Source of the DNA: Deferrisomatales bacterium
GTDB lineage: Bacteria; Desulfobacterota; Deferrisomatia; Deferrisomatales; JACRMM01
Reading direction: 5' to 3'
DNA length: 35,701 nt
Assembly: GCA_033551855.1 (NCBI GenBank)
Contig: JAWSUI010000040.1
Location: 1-35,701, forward strand
The notes under the pieces were generated by a model, which saw nothing but the letters and a program-made list of their open reading frames with translations, was not told where the DNA came from and made no database searches. Position 1 is the first letter of the stretch. Every line of letters begins with the position of its first letter. This document shows, piece after piece, positions 1 through 7,476 of the stretch. A program made the translations under genes and the position numbers.

Positions 1-116
1 CCCGCTCTCCAGGAAGGCCCCGCGCCCGACTTTGATGCAACTCTCGTTGTAGTACCAAGCGGAGCGCAGGAGCGAGGGTGCGAATCACGAGCGCGGCTCC
101 CGGGCGCGCGCGCCCA

Positions 117-1955
117 TCAGAAGGTGGCCGTTAGACCGGCCCGCCACGTGCGCGGCGGCATGGGGAAGCCGGGATTGACCTCGTAATCCCGGTCGAAGAG
201 GTTGTCCACTCCCACCGTGACATCGACGGCGACGGCGTCGGCCACGATGACCGGCCGGGAAACCCGGGCGTCGAACACCGTGTAAACGGGATCCGGCCGG
301 TTCGGCGCCGACGGGTAGCGGGCGTACCGGCCCGTGAGCCGGAAGCGCAGGTCCCAGATCGGCTCCACGTCCACGTGGGCGCTCGCCTGGTGTCGGGGCT
401 TTCCGAGGAGGAAATCCCCCGTGTCCCGGTCCACGGCGTGGAGGTAGGTGTAGTTGGCGCCCAGCCCCAGCCCCTCGTAGAGAGACAGGGCCGTGAACGC
501 CTCCGCGCCCCAGGTGCGCGAGGTGCGCACGTTCACCGGGCTCCACACCGAGAAGGGGTCGGCGGCGTCTTCGGGCTGCCAGTCGATCAGGTCCTTGGCG
601 TCTCGCCGAAATCCTGTCAAGGACGCGCTCCCCCAGTGACCGAGCCCCTGGGAGACCCCCACTTCGTATTCCCAGGCCCGCTCGGGGTCGAGGTCCGGGT
701 TCCCTCGGGTGAAGCCGTCGAAGGGCCAGAAACGGTCGTTGAACGTCGGCGCCCGGTAGGCCCGGCCGGCGGACGCGCGCACCTGGCCGGAAGCCCAGGT
801 GGAGAGGAGGAGGCTCGTGCGCGGGCTCCACTCGTTCCGAAAGTCGGAGTGGCCGTCGTAGCGGACCCCGAGGAGCACGGAGGCCCAGGGGGCGACCGCG
901 AGCTCCTGCTGGCCGAACGCCGCCCAGCGGGCCTGGTCGCGGTTCCCAGCGGAGGAGGAGTCCAGGAAGTCTCGGTAGAGCTCGCTTCCCAGCGTCAGCC
1001 CCTGGCCCCGGATGGGCGTGTCGATCTGCACCTCCCCCCCTACCGTCTCGGCGAGATGCCGGTCGTCGGTCGGGAAGAAGGCTCCGGGGTCCCGGAAACG
1101 GTTGTCGAAGCGGTCGTATCCCCCCCGTCCGGTGAAGGTGACGGGCCCGAGCGGGCCCCTGAGAGACAGGGAGGCGGAGGTGTTCTCGTCCCGCTGGCGG
1201 GCGTCGGGAGTTTCGAAGAAGCCCTCCATGCCCGGCACACCGATCTCTTTTTGCAGATGATACCCGTGTCCCTCCAGCACGAAGCCTCCGGGCAGGTACC
1301 AGGCCAGCAGGCCGTCGAGGGTGGTCCGGTCCAGATCGGAGTTGTCCCGATACCCCTGGGAGTGGTCCCGCGACGCCCCAAACCGGTACCCCAGGGAGCC
1401 CACGCGCCGGGAGGCCGAGAAGCTGAGCTCGCGGGTGTCGTGGCGCGCCTCGCTCCAGGAGAAGGTCGTGCGCGGCTCGGCCTCGGGACGCCGCGTGATG
1501 ACGTGGATCACGCCGGCGAGGGCGTTGGACCCGTAGAGGGCGGAGGCCGGACCTCGCAGCACCTCGATGCGCTCGATCTGTTCGAGGGGCACCGGAAGGT
1601 TCGCCAGGTCGAACTGTCCCAACTGGGAGGAGTTGAGGCGAATCCCGTCGAGCAGCACGAGCACCTGCTGCGCCTCCGAGCCCCGGATGCTCGCCGTGGC
1701 GAGGGAGCCCGGTGCGCCGGTTTCCACCACGGTCACCCCCACGGCGTCGCGGAGCACCTCCTGCAGCCGCCGCGCGCCGGAGGCGAGGATCTCCTCGGCC
1801 GGGATCACGGTGACGGAGGGCCCGACCTGCGACACCTGGCGGGGTGTCCGGGTCGCGGTCACGACCACCGGTTCCAACGTCGCGTTCTGGGCAGGGGCGG
1901 GTCCGGCGCTACAGAGAGCGATACCCAGGAGTGCGGGGCCAAGGATTCTTCGCAT
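117..1955 (-). CDS. btuB: TonB-dependent outer membrane receptor, BtuB-like (cobalamin)
   Basis: Signal peptide MRRILGPALLG..., TonB box LEPVVVTATR, plug motifs IRGSEAQQVLVLLDG and IERIEVLRGPASALYGSNALAGVIHVIT, C-terminal Phe. ATG at 1955 follows GAGGAG. The ORF track start at 2237 runs through the riboswitch. Substrate inferred from the riboswitch. Confidence 0.88.
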   Translation of the reverse strand: MRRILGPALLGIALCSAGPAPAQNATLEPVVVTATRTPRQVSQVGPSVTVIPAEEILASGARRLQEVLRDAVGVTVVETGAPGSLATASIRGSEAQQVLVLLDGIRLNSSQLGQFDLANLPVPLEQIERIEVLRGPASALYGSNALAGVIHVITRRPEAEPRTTFSWSEARHDTRELSFSASRRVGSLGYRFGASRDHSQGYRDNSDLDRTTLDGLLAWYLPGGFVLEGHGYHLQKEIGVPGMEGFFETPDARQRDENTSASLSLRGPLGPVTFTGRGGYDRFDNRFRDPGAFFPTDDRHLAETVGGEVQIDTPIRGQGLTLGSELYRDFLDSSSAGNRDQARWAAFGQQELAVAPWASVLLGVRYDGHSDFRNEWSPRTSLLLSTWASGQVRASAGRAYRAPTFNDRFWPFDGFTRGNPDLDPERAWEYEVGVSQGLGHWGSASLTGFRRDAKDLIDWQPEDAADPFSVWSPVNVRTSRTWGAEAFTALSLYEGLGLGANYTYLHAVDRDTGDFLLGKPRHQASAHVDVEPIWDLRFRLTGRYARYPSAPNRPDPVYTVFDARVSRPVIVADAVAVDVTVGVDNLFDRDYEVNPGFPMPPRTWRAGLTATF

Positions 1956-2008
1956 GGGTCCTCCTCGTGGTCCCCTGCGCGAGCGGCGTGAGGAGACGGG
2001 GGGCCGCA

Positions 2009-2045
2009 AACGCGAAAAGCCCGCACAGATTCGCTGTGCGGGCTT
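2009..2045 (-). terminator. Intrinsic terminator in the riboswitch expression platform
   Basis: 12-bp perfect stem aagcccgcacag/ctgtgcgggctt (2017-2028/2034-2045) followed on the minus strand by ttcgcgttt. Confidence 0.65.
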
Positions 2046-2111
2046 CCCGTATTCGAAGCGCCGGCATTCCCACTCTCCCGAGGCGCGAGGAGACTTGGTG
2101 TGGGCCGTCCG

Positions 2112-2272
2112 CTCCGGCAGGTCTTCTGGCTCGCGATTCATCCTCGGGGCCGCCTTCCCGGTCCGGCTGCGACCAGTGGCTCCGTGGCCCTTCGTCCTCG
2201 CATACAGCGGCGGGTCCGCGGGGGCTTCCCACCCCACTTCCCTTTTCAGCCCTCGCGGGCACCGGCGGACGT
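2112..2272 (-). ncRNA. Cobalamin (AdoCbl) riboswitch
   Basis: Minus strand reads ...ggtgcccgcgagggctgaaaagggaagtggggtgggaagccc...ccgccgctgta...gccactgg...gggaaggc...gagccagaagacctgcc, including the B12 box, directly upstream of a BtuB-like gene. Confidence 0.93.
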
Positions 2273-2293
2273 GCAGATTCGATTGTGAGCGGA

Positions 2294-2323
2294 GGTGTAC
2301 GCGGGGAGGGCGGTGCTTGTCAA
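2294..2323 (-). promoter_or_regulatory. Putative sigma70 promoter for the riboswitch-btuB transcript
   Basis: TTGACA (2323-2318), 18-nt spacer, TACACC, ending just upstream of the aptamer. Confidence 0.45.
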
Positions 2324-2480
2324 GTCGGATCTGGGGCCAGGGTCCAGCGTCTGCCCGGCACGCGGGGTCCGGGAGCCCCTCCCACGACGTGTGGTGGATT
2401 CTGGGCGACTACCGGCCGGCCGGTTGCGCGACCGCTTCTCTGTCGCTAGGTTCCCTGAGGGGGGGAGGAAGGAGTGGCCC

Positions 2481-2900
2481 ATGGGCGAGAGAATCAAGGA
2501 AACGGCCGGAGAGTACCTCCACGACTTGCGCGAGGCCGGGGGGCGCGTCTGGGAGGCGACCCAGCACACCGTCGCATCCGCCGGCGCGCGGGCGGCGCAG
2601 TACGGGAAGGCGGTGCGCCAGCGCCTGGAGCTGGCCTCGGTGGACCGGAGAATCGAGGACGGCCACCGGGAGCTCGGCAGGATGGCGTTCGCCGCGCGCC
2701 GCGGCGGGCAGGACGAGCTCTTCGCACGGCCGGAGGTGGCGCAAGTGCTTGCCCGGCTGGAAGGGCTCGACGCTCGGCGAGAGGCGCTGGTGGAGGAGAT
2801 TGCCTCCGCTCGGGAGACATCGTCCGCCGGCGCGGCGCATTCGATCGACGACGCGACGTCGAGGGGGCCCGTGGAAGAGGAAGAGGAACGCCACCTCTAA
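2481..2900 (+). CDS. Hypothetical helical/coiled-coil protein (139 aa)
   Basis: ATG after GGAGGAAGGAG, GC3-rich codons, amphipathic helix pattern (KAVRQRLELASVDRRIEDGHRELGRMAF). Confidence 0.7.
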   Translation: MGERIKETAGEYLHDLREAGGRVWEATQHTVASAGARAAQYGKAVRQRLELASVDRRIEDGHRELGRMAFAARRGGQDELFARPEVAQVLARLEGLDARREALVEEIASARETSSAGAAHSIDDATSRGPVEEEEERHL

Positions 2901-3054
2901 TGGCTTGTGATGGGGCCCCGGCGCCCGGGAGTGGACTCACCGGGGCGCTGCGGCGCCACGGGGGGGAGCGGGCCGGCAGGGTGCAGAGCGGCCAGTGGAG
3001 TGGTGCGCGAGGAGCGAAACGGACCGGGGAACGCAGCCGGTCAGGGAGGGAGTC

Positions 3055-3468
3055 ATGGCATTTGCACGAGAAGACATCCAGGCAAACCGTCGGTACTTCG
3101 AAGACAAGCTCCGGAGCACGAAGCAGCTCCACGACGTGATCCAGAAAGTGGAGGCGGGCAGTGGCGACTTCCTGCTCCTGGACACCCGGCCGCGAGAGGC
3201 CTTCGCCCAGGGGCACATCCGGGGGGCCTGGTGCGCGCCCCTGGCCGAGCTCGCGTCCCTGGCACCGGGGCTGCCCAAGGACAGGGAGCTGGTGACGTAC
3301 TGCTGGAAGGACACCTGACACCTCAGCGCCAAGGCGGCTCTGCAGTTGGCAGAGATGGGGTTCTTCGCGAAGGAGTTGAACGCCGGCTGGGCGGAGTGGA
3401 CGGCGGCGGGCCTCCCCACCCACCAGGGACCCGCCGAGGGGCTTCGCTGCACCTGTGCCGGCGGGTGA
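3055..3468 (+). CDS. Rhodanese-domain selenoprotein (Sec at codon 88, TGA 3316-3318), 137 aa
   Basis: LLDTRPREAFAQGHIRGA...LPKDRELVTYCWKDT[TGA]HLSAKAALQLAEMGFFAKELNAGWAEWTAAGLP. The rhodanese C-terminal half continues in frame after the TGA, and a SECIS-like hairpin follows. Confidence 0.88.
3338..3354 (+). promoter_or_regulatory. Candidate bacterial SECIS element of the rhodanese
   Basis: ctctgc-agttg-gcagag: 6-bp stem, loop with G in position 2, loop begins 25 nt after the UGA. Confidence 0.6.
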
Positions 3469-3510
3469 CCGGGGAGAGCCCCCCTGACTATCGGCTCTTC
3501 CGGGAAGAGC

Positions 3511-3697
3511 CCGGTTGAGCCCGCCCGCTCCGGCGGACGATGCCGGGCAGGGGAAGGCGTCCGTGCCCGCGAACGATCCGGAAGCGCTGACGGGAACGCA
3601 GCTCCCCCGGGGTGGCGGGGTCATCGAGCCGCCGTCCGCCTGCGCCGTCGGACCCGCCCGTCCGTGCGTGGGCGCAGGGACCCGGTCATTCCCCGGA
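3511..3697 (+). repeat. Dispersed intergenic repeat, copy A
   Basis: Shares the exact 19-mer ctccggcggacgatgccgg and 13-mer ggacccggtcatt, in the same order, with the reverse complement of 9986-10154. Confidence 0.7.
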
Positions 3698-3756
3698 ACA
3701 GCTTTTCCGCGTTGGCCCGGGACGGGAGAGCACGCCCGGCCGCCGCCGACACTGCA

Positions 3757-3796
3757 CCCCATTCCCCTCCCAACCCCCCCCTTGAAGGGGGAGGAG
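3757..3796 (+). repeat. REP-like palindromic element
   Basis: ccccattcccctcccaaccccccccttgaagggggaggag: pyrimidine-rich arm plus a C-run/G-run hairpin. A related element lies at 20058-20093. Confidence 0.5.
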
Positions 3797-3975
3797 CTCA
3801 GGGGCCGGATGCCGTCCACGGCCGTCCTCCCCCACAGATCGCAACAGATCCCGCAAGGGTGACCCGATCCGCGCCCGTGTCAACGCCGGTTCCGGAGGAC
3901 CCGGGTTTGAGGCGGTGCGGTGCCCCGGGTAAAGTGAGGTGCAGGCCGGCCGCCGGGGGAGGGGAGGGAAGCGAC

Positions 3976-4227
3976 GTGAAGTCCGTACTGCGCAGGATCG
4001 TGGAGCGGATGGGCGCCCGGGGCGACGCCCCTCGTCATCGGCTGCAGTCCGAGCTGGAGCTGGCCGACGAGCTGGGCATCGCCGTCGAGGACGTGCGAAT
4101 CGCCGTCCAGATGATGCGGGCTCAGGGGCTCCTCGAGCCCCGTGTGGAGGGGGGGGAGCCCGGGCTTGCCCTCTCGGAGGAGGGGCTTCGGGAGTACCGG
4201 GCGTACCGGGGGGAGGAGCCGGCCTGA
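3976..4227 (+). CDS. Small winged-HTH protein (GntR-like DNA-binding domain only)
   Basis: RLQSELELADELGIAVEDVRIAVQMMRAQGLL resembles GntR LPSERELAEELGVSRxTVRxAL. GTG follows GGAGG. Confidence 0.6.
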   Translation: MKSVLRRIVERMGARGDAPRHRLQSELELADELGIAVEDVRIAVQMMRAQGLLEPRVEGGEPGLALSEEGLREYRAYRGEEPA

Positions 4228-5627
4228 GCGCGAGCGACGCCCCCCATCGGGGCGGCACCGATTCCGTCGCCCCGTCGGAGGGGCGAGGAGAGGACGTAGA
4301 CCGAACCGCTCTCGACCGCCTCGCGGCCCGTGACTGGGAGGGGGTGCGCGGGGTCCTGGCGGCACTGCCGGTCCCCGAGGTCGCCGAGGTCCTGCGCGCT
4401 GCAGAGGGGCAGGACGGGCTGCTTTTCTTCCGACTCCTGCCGCGGGAGCAGGCGGCCGAGGTCTTCTCCTACCTCGAGGCACACGAGGAGGACGAGATCC
4501 TCCGTCAGTTGACGGAGGCGGAGGCCCGGGCCCTGCTGGCGTCGATTGCCCCCGACGATCGCACGGGCCTACTGGAAGAGCTTCCCGGCGCGGCCGTGCA
4601 GAAGCTGCTGAACCTGTTGTCGGCGGAGGACCTCCGGGAGGCGAGGCGGTTCCTCGGGTTCCCGGAAGAGAGCGTCGGGCGCCTGGCGACCCCTGACTAC
4701 GTGGCCGTGCGCCCTGACTGGACCGTCGCCCAGGCCTTGGCCCACCTCCGGCGCGTGGGTCGAGACAGCGAGACGATCGACGTCATCTACGTCACGGAGA
4801 AGCCGTCGTGGCGCCTCGCGGGGGTGGCGGAGCTGCGGCGCCTGATCCTCGCGGACCCGGAGTCCACCGTCTCGGAGGCCATGCGGGCGCCCCACGTCGT
4901 CCTGCAGGCCACCGACGACCGGGAGGAGGCGGTCCGTGCCATGGGGCGCTACGACCTGCCGGTGCTGCCCGTGGTGGACGCCGCCGGGGTGCTCATCGGC
5001 ATCGTCACCCACGATGACGTCTTCGACGTGGCCCAGGAGGAGGTCACCGAAGACATCCACAAGACCGCATCGGTCTTCCCGCTGCGGGCGAGTTACCGCC
5101 GCGCGAGCGTGCTGCACCTCTACCGCAAGAGGGTCGGGTGGCTGGCGGCGCTTCTGGTGATCAGCCTGCTCTCCTCCAGCATCATCGCGGCCTTCGAGGA
5201 GACCCTGGCCCGAGTGGTGGCGCTGGCCTTCTTCATCCCGCTGCTCATCGGCACGGGGGGCAACACCGGCTCCCAGTCCGCGATGCTCATGGTCCGCGCC
5301 CTCGTCACGGACGACATCTCGCTCCGGGACTGGTTCCGGACCCTGCTCAAGGAGCTCGCGGTCGGGGCCCTGCTCGGTGCGACCCTGGCCTTGGGCGCCT
5401 ACGCCCTGGGGGCGTGGCAGGCCGATCCCCGGGTCGGCCTCGTGGTCGGCGCCTCCCTGATGGCGATCGTGGTCGTGGCGAACCTCGTCGGGATGCTGCT
5501 GCCGTTCCTCCTCGCCCGCCTGCGGCTCGACCCCACGGTCGCCTCGAGCCCTCTCATCACCACCATCGCCGACGCGGGCGGGCTGCTGATCTACTTCGGG
5601 ATGGCCACGTGGCTGCTGGGGCTGTGA
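4224..5627 (+). CDS. mgtE: Magnesium transporter MgtE (start uncertain)
   Basis: MgtE N-domain (APDDRTGLLEELP), CBS pair (PEESVGRLATPDYV; LIGIVTHDDV), membrane motifs FFIPLLIGTGGNTGSQS and DPTVASSPLITTIAD. No ATG near the N-terminus; candidate starts are CTG 4224 (overlapping the upstream stop) or GTG 4344. Confidence 0.93.
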   Translation: MSASDAPHRGGTDSVAPSEGRGEDVDRTALDRLAARDWEGVRGVLAALPVPEVAEVLRAAEGQDGLLFFRLLPREQAAEVFSYLEAHEEDEILRQLTEAEARALLASIAPDDRTGLLEELPGAAVQKLLNLLSAEDLREARRFLGFPEESVGRLATPDYVAVRPDWTVAQALAHLRRVGRDSETIDVIYVTEKPSWRLAGVAELRRLILADPESTVSEAMRAPHVVLQATDDREEAVRAMGRYDLPVLPVVDAAGVLIGIVTHDDVFDVAQEEVTEDIHKTASVFPLRASYRRASVLHLYRKRVGWLAALLVISLLSSSIIAAFEETLARVVALAFFIPLLIGTGGNTGSQSAMLMVRALVTDDISLRDWFRTLLKELAVGALLGATLALGAYALGAWQADPRVGLVVGASLMAIVVVANLVGMLLPFLLARLRLDPTVASSPLITTIADAGGLLIYFGMATWLLGL

Positions 5628-5640
5628 GTGAATCGCGCGC

Positions 5641-5796
5641 CCCCGGGAAACGTGCCGGAAGACATCCCCTGCAACGGAGAAGGTGCCAACAGGCTGCCCG
5701 ACGGGTCGCGCTCCCCCTCCTCACGGCGCCGCGGTGTTCTCGCGGCCGGGGCCTTCGGGACCGGACACCCGGAACCGGGTCATCCTCCCCCGGAAT
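5641..5796 (+). repeat. Dispersed intergenic repeat, degenerate copy C
   Basis: Blocks ccccgggaaacgtgccgg, gacgggtcgcgctccccc and ggacacccggaaccgggtcatcctcccccggaa are collinear with copies A and B. Confidence 0.4.
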
Positions 5797-5808
5797 CCAC
5801 ATTGCGGG

Positions 5809-5966
5809 GCGGAGTCCGGGAGCCCAGGAGAGCAGCCCCGCACCGCATCCACCGACCGGACGAGTCCGGCGCAAGCGGGTGCAGCCCGGCGCATAGGGGA
5901 CTGCCGGGACACTTCCTCGAATGGCCGCGGGTTGCGGGGCGAAACGCAGGGGTTCCCGGACTCCGC
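5809..5966. repeat. 17-bp inverted-repeat-bounded element
   Basis: gcggagtccgggagccc (5809-5825) pairs with gggttcccggactccgc (5950-5966), 16/17 plus one G-U. A similar arm lies at 2362-2380. Confidence 0.55.
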
Positions 5967-6005
5967 TTGCGGACCGGCCGGTGGATCCATGCTCCCCGCC
6001 CCCGC

Positions 6006-6035
6006 TTGACATCGCCCATTCTCGCGGTCTACTTC
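6006..6035 (+). promoter_or_regulatory. Putative sigma70 promoter of the peptide-rSAM locus
   Basis: TTGACA at 6006-6011, 18-nt spacer, weak -10 TACTTC. Confidence 0.4.
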
Positions 6036-6114
6036 GCTTCTCGCCGGCAGACGACGGAGCCCTGCGGACCCGGACGCCCATCCATCCACCCCATCCTCAG
6101 AGGAGGGCCGTACC

Positions 6115-6237
6115 ATGCGCAAGGTCCTAGACCAGAAGACTCTGGAACGGGAAGCCGCGTTTTGGCGTGCAGTGAAGAAGGCAACCGAACAGGTGCCGAT
6201 CAGGCTTTGCCACAAGTGAAAGAGCTGAAAGAGCTAG
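6115..6237 (+). CDS. Putative selenocysteine-containing RiPP precursor peptide (40 aa, C32-x2-U35-x2-U38)
   Basis: Perfect RBS AGGAGG at 6101-6106, ATG 6115, MRKVLDQKTLEREAAFWRAVKKATEQVPIRLCHK[TGA]KS[TGA]KS[TAG]. SECIS-like hairpin directly after the stop; rSAM/SPASM gene 87 nt downstream. Absent from the ORF track. Confidence 0.78.
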
Positions 6238-6255
6238 GGTTGCCGGTCCGGCAAC
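6238..6255 (+). promoter_or_regulatory. Candidate SECIS element (3' of the stop codon)
   Basis: ggttgccg-gtc-cggcaac: 7-bp stem with apical GU, closely resembling the E. coli fdhF SECIS core GGUUGCAGGUCUGCACC. The loop G is +27 and +18 nt from the two UGAs. Confidence 0.72.
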
Positions 6256-6324
6256 GAGACGGTTAGATCCCGCACCCCGGGTCCGCAGACCCGATTCCTC
6301 CGAGACGCCGAGGCGATCGAGGCC

Positions 6325-7392
6325 GTGAGCCGTCACCCTTCCTTCGACACACCCCTTGCGCCTGCCGCCGGGCAAGAGTTCTTTGTCCAGTGGCACGTGA
6401 CGGAGCGGTGCAACCTGCGCTGCCTGCACTGCTACCAGCTCGGCTGCGCCGGCGAGGAGCTGCCCCTCGCTGAGCTCCTGTCGGTGGTGGACGAGGTGGA
6501 CGACGCGTTGGCTGCGTGGTCCGACGCGTACGGCATCTCCTTCGCGCCGAGGTTCCAGGTCACCGGCGGCGAGCCGTTGCTGTGCGAGGACCTGTGGGAC
6601 GTCTTGGCGCGCTTGCGCACCGGGGGCTTCCCGACCCACCTCCTCTCCAACGGCACACTGGTGGACCGGGACACGGCGGAGCGGCTGGCAGGGCTCGGGG
6701 TGGCGGGCGTCCAGGTCAGCCTGGAGGGGCCGGAGGCGGTCCACGACGCGATCCGGGGCCCAGGGAGCTTCCGCAAGGCGCTGCGCGGGGTGGACCGCCT
6801 GCTGAGGGCCGGGGTGCGGATCGACCTCAACGTGACGCTCTCCGCGCGCAACGCCGACCGGGTCGATGAGTTGATCGACATCGCACAGGCCGCGGGGGTG
6901 CCGCGGATCGGCTTTTCCCGCTTGGTGCCCTACGGCCGGGGAGCCGAGCTTCTGGGCGAGACCCTGCCTCCCGACCGCGTCCGCGGGCTCTACGAACGGC
7001 TGCGGTCCGTCCAGGTCCCGGGACTCGCGATCGGCACCGGGGACCCCTTGGCCGCCCAATTGGACCTGGGCGGAACCGACGGGGCCGGCTGCACGGCCGT
7101 GGGCGGCTGCGCGGCCGGCGTTTCCGGGATCACCATCCTGCCCGACGGCACCCTGCACCCCTGCCGGCGCCTGCCGATCCCCATCGGCAACCTCCGGACC
7201 GACTCCTTGCGGGAGGTCTGGGCGACCTCGCCCGTCCTCGCCGCACTCCGGGACAAAGGGCGCTATCCCGGCCGGTGCGGGTCGTGCGAGCGCTGGGCGG
7301 CCTGCCGCGGCTGCCGCGCGATCGCCTATGCCGTCACCCTGGCGCGCGGCCGCGGCGACTTTCTCGCCGACGACCCCCAGTGTTTCCTCTAG
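6325..7392 (+). CDS. Radical SAM/SPASM domain protein, probable peptide maturase
   Basis: QWHVTERCNLRCLHCY (CxxxCxxC), TGGEP, QVSLEG; SPASM domain GCAAG...PDGTLHPC...IGNL...CGSCERWAACRGC...DPQC. Confidence 0.93.
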   Translation: MSRHPSFDTPLAPAAGQEFFVQWHVTERCNLRCLHCYQLGCAGEELPLAELLSVVDEVDDALAAWSDAYGISFAPRFQVTGGEPLLCEDLWDVLARLRTGGFPTHLLSNGTLVDRDTAERLAGLGVAGVQVSLEGPEAVHDAIRGPGSFRKALRGVDRLLRAGVRIDLNVTLSARNADRVDELIDIAQAAGVPRIGFSRLVPYGRGAELLGETLPPDRVRGLYERLRSVQVPGLAIGTGDPLAAQLDLGGTDGAGCTAVGGCAAGVSGITILPDGTLHPCRRLPIPIGNLRTDSLREVWATSPVLAALRDKGRYPGRCGSCERWAACRGCRAIAYAVTLARGRGDFLADDPQCFL

Positions 7393-7476
7393 CTAGGCCT
7401 CGGCATTGGGCAGACGGGCGGCCCCGCGGAGTCGCCGCTTCGTCGGCGACGAACCGTGAACAGGGGAGGTGAGCCC

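Noticed and set aside
1..116. Start of a gene downstream of btuB on the minus strand
   Set aside because: Too little sequence at the window edge to choose a frame or product.
1956..2237. N-terminal extension of the TonB receptor ORF
   Set aside because: Overlaps the riboswitch and terminator; the signal peptide and RBS indicate a start at 1955.
3466..3511. Second Sec readthrough at the rhodanese terminal TGA (hairpin ggctcttc/gaagagcc follows)
   Set aside because: The domain is already complete; readthrough gives PGRAP and another TGA, then runs into repeat DNA.
5628..6266. 212-aa ORF and other ORFs across the mgtE-rSAM gap
   Set aside because: Pro/Arg/Gly-rich with no motifs, built on repeats; the RBS-supported short peptide in another frame is the better call.
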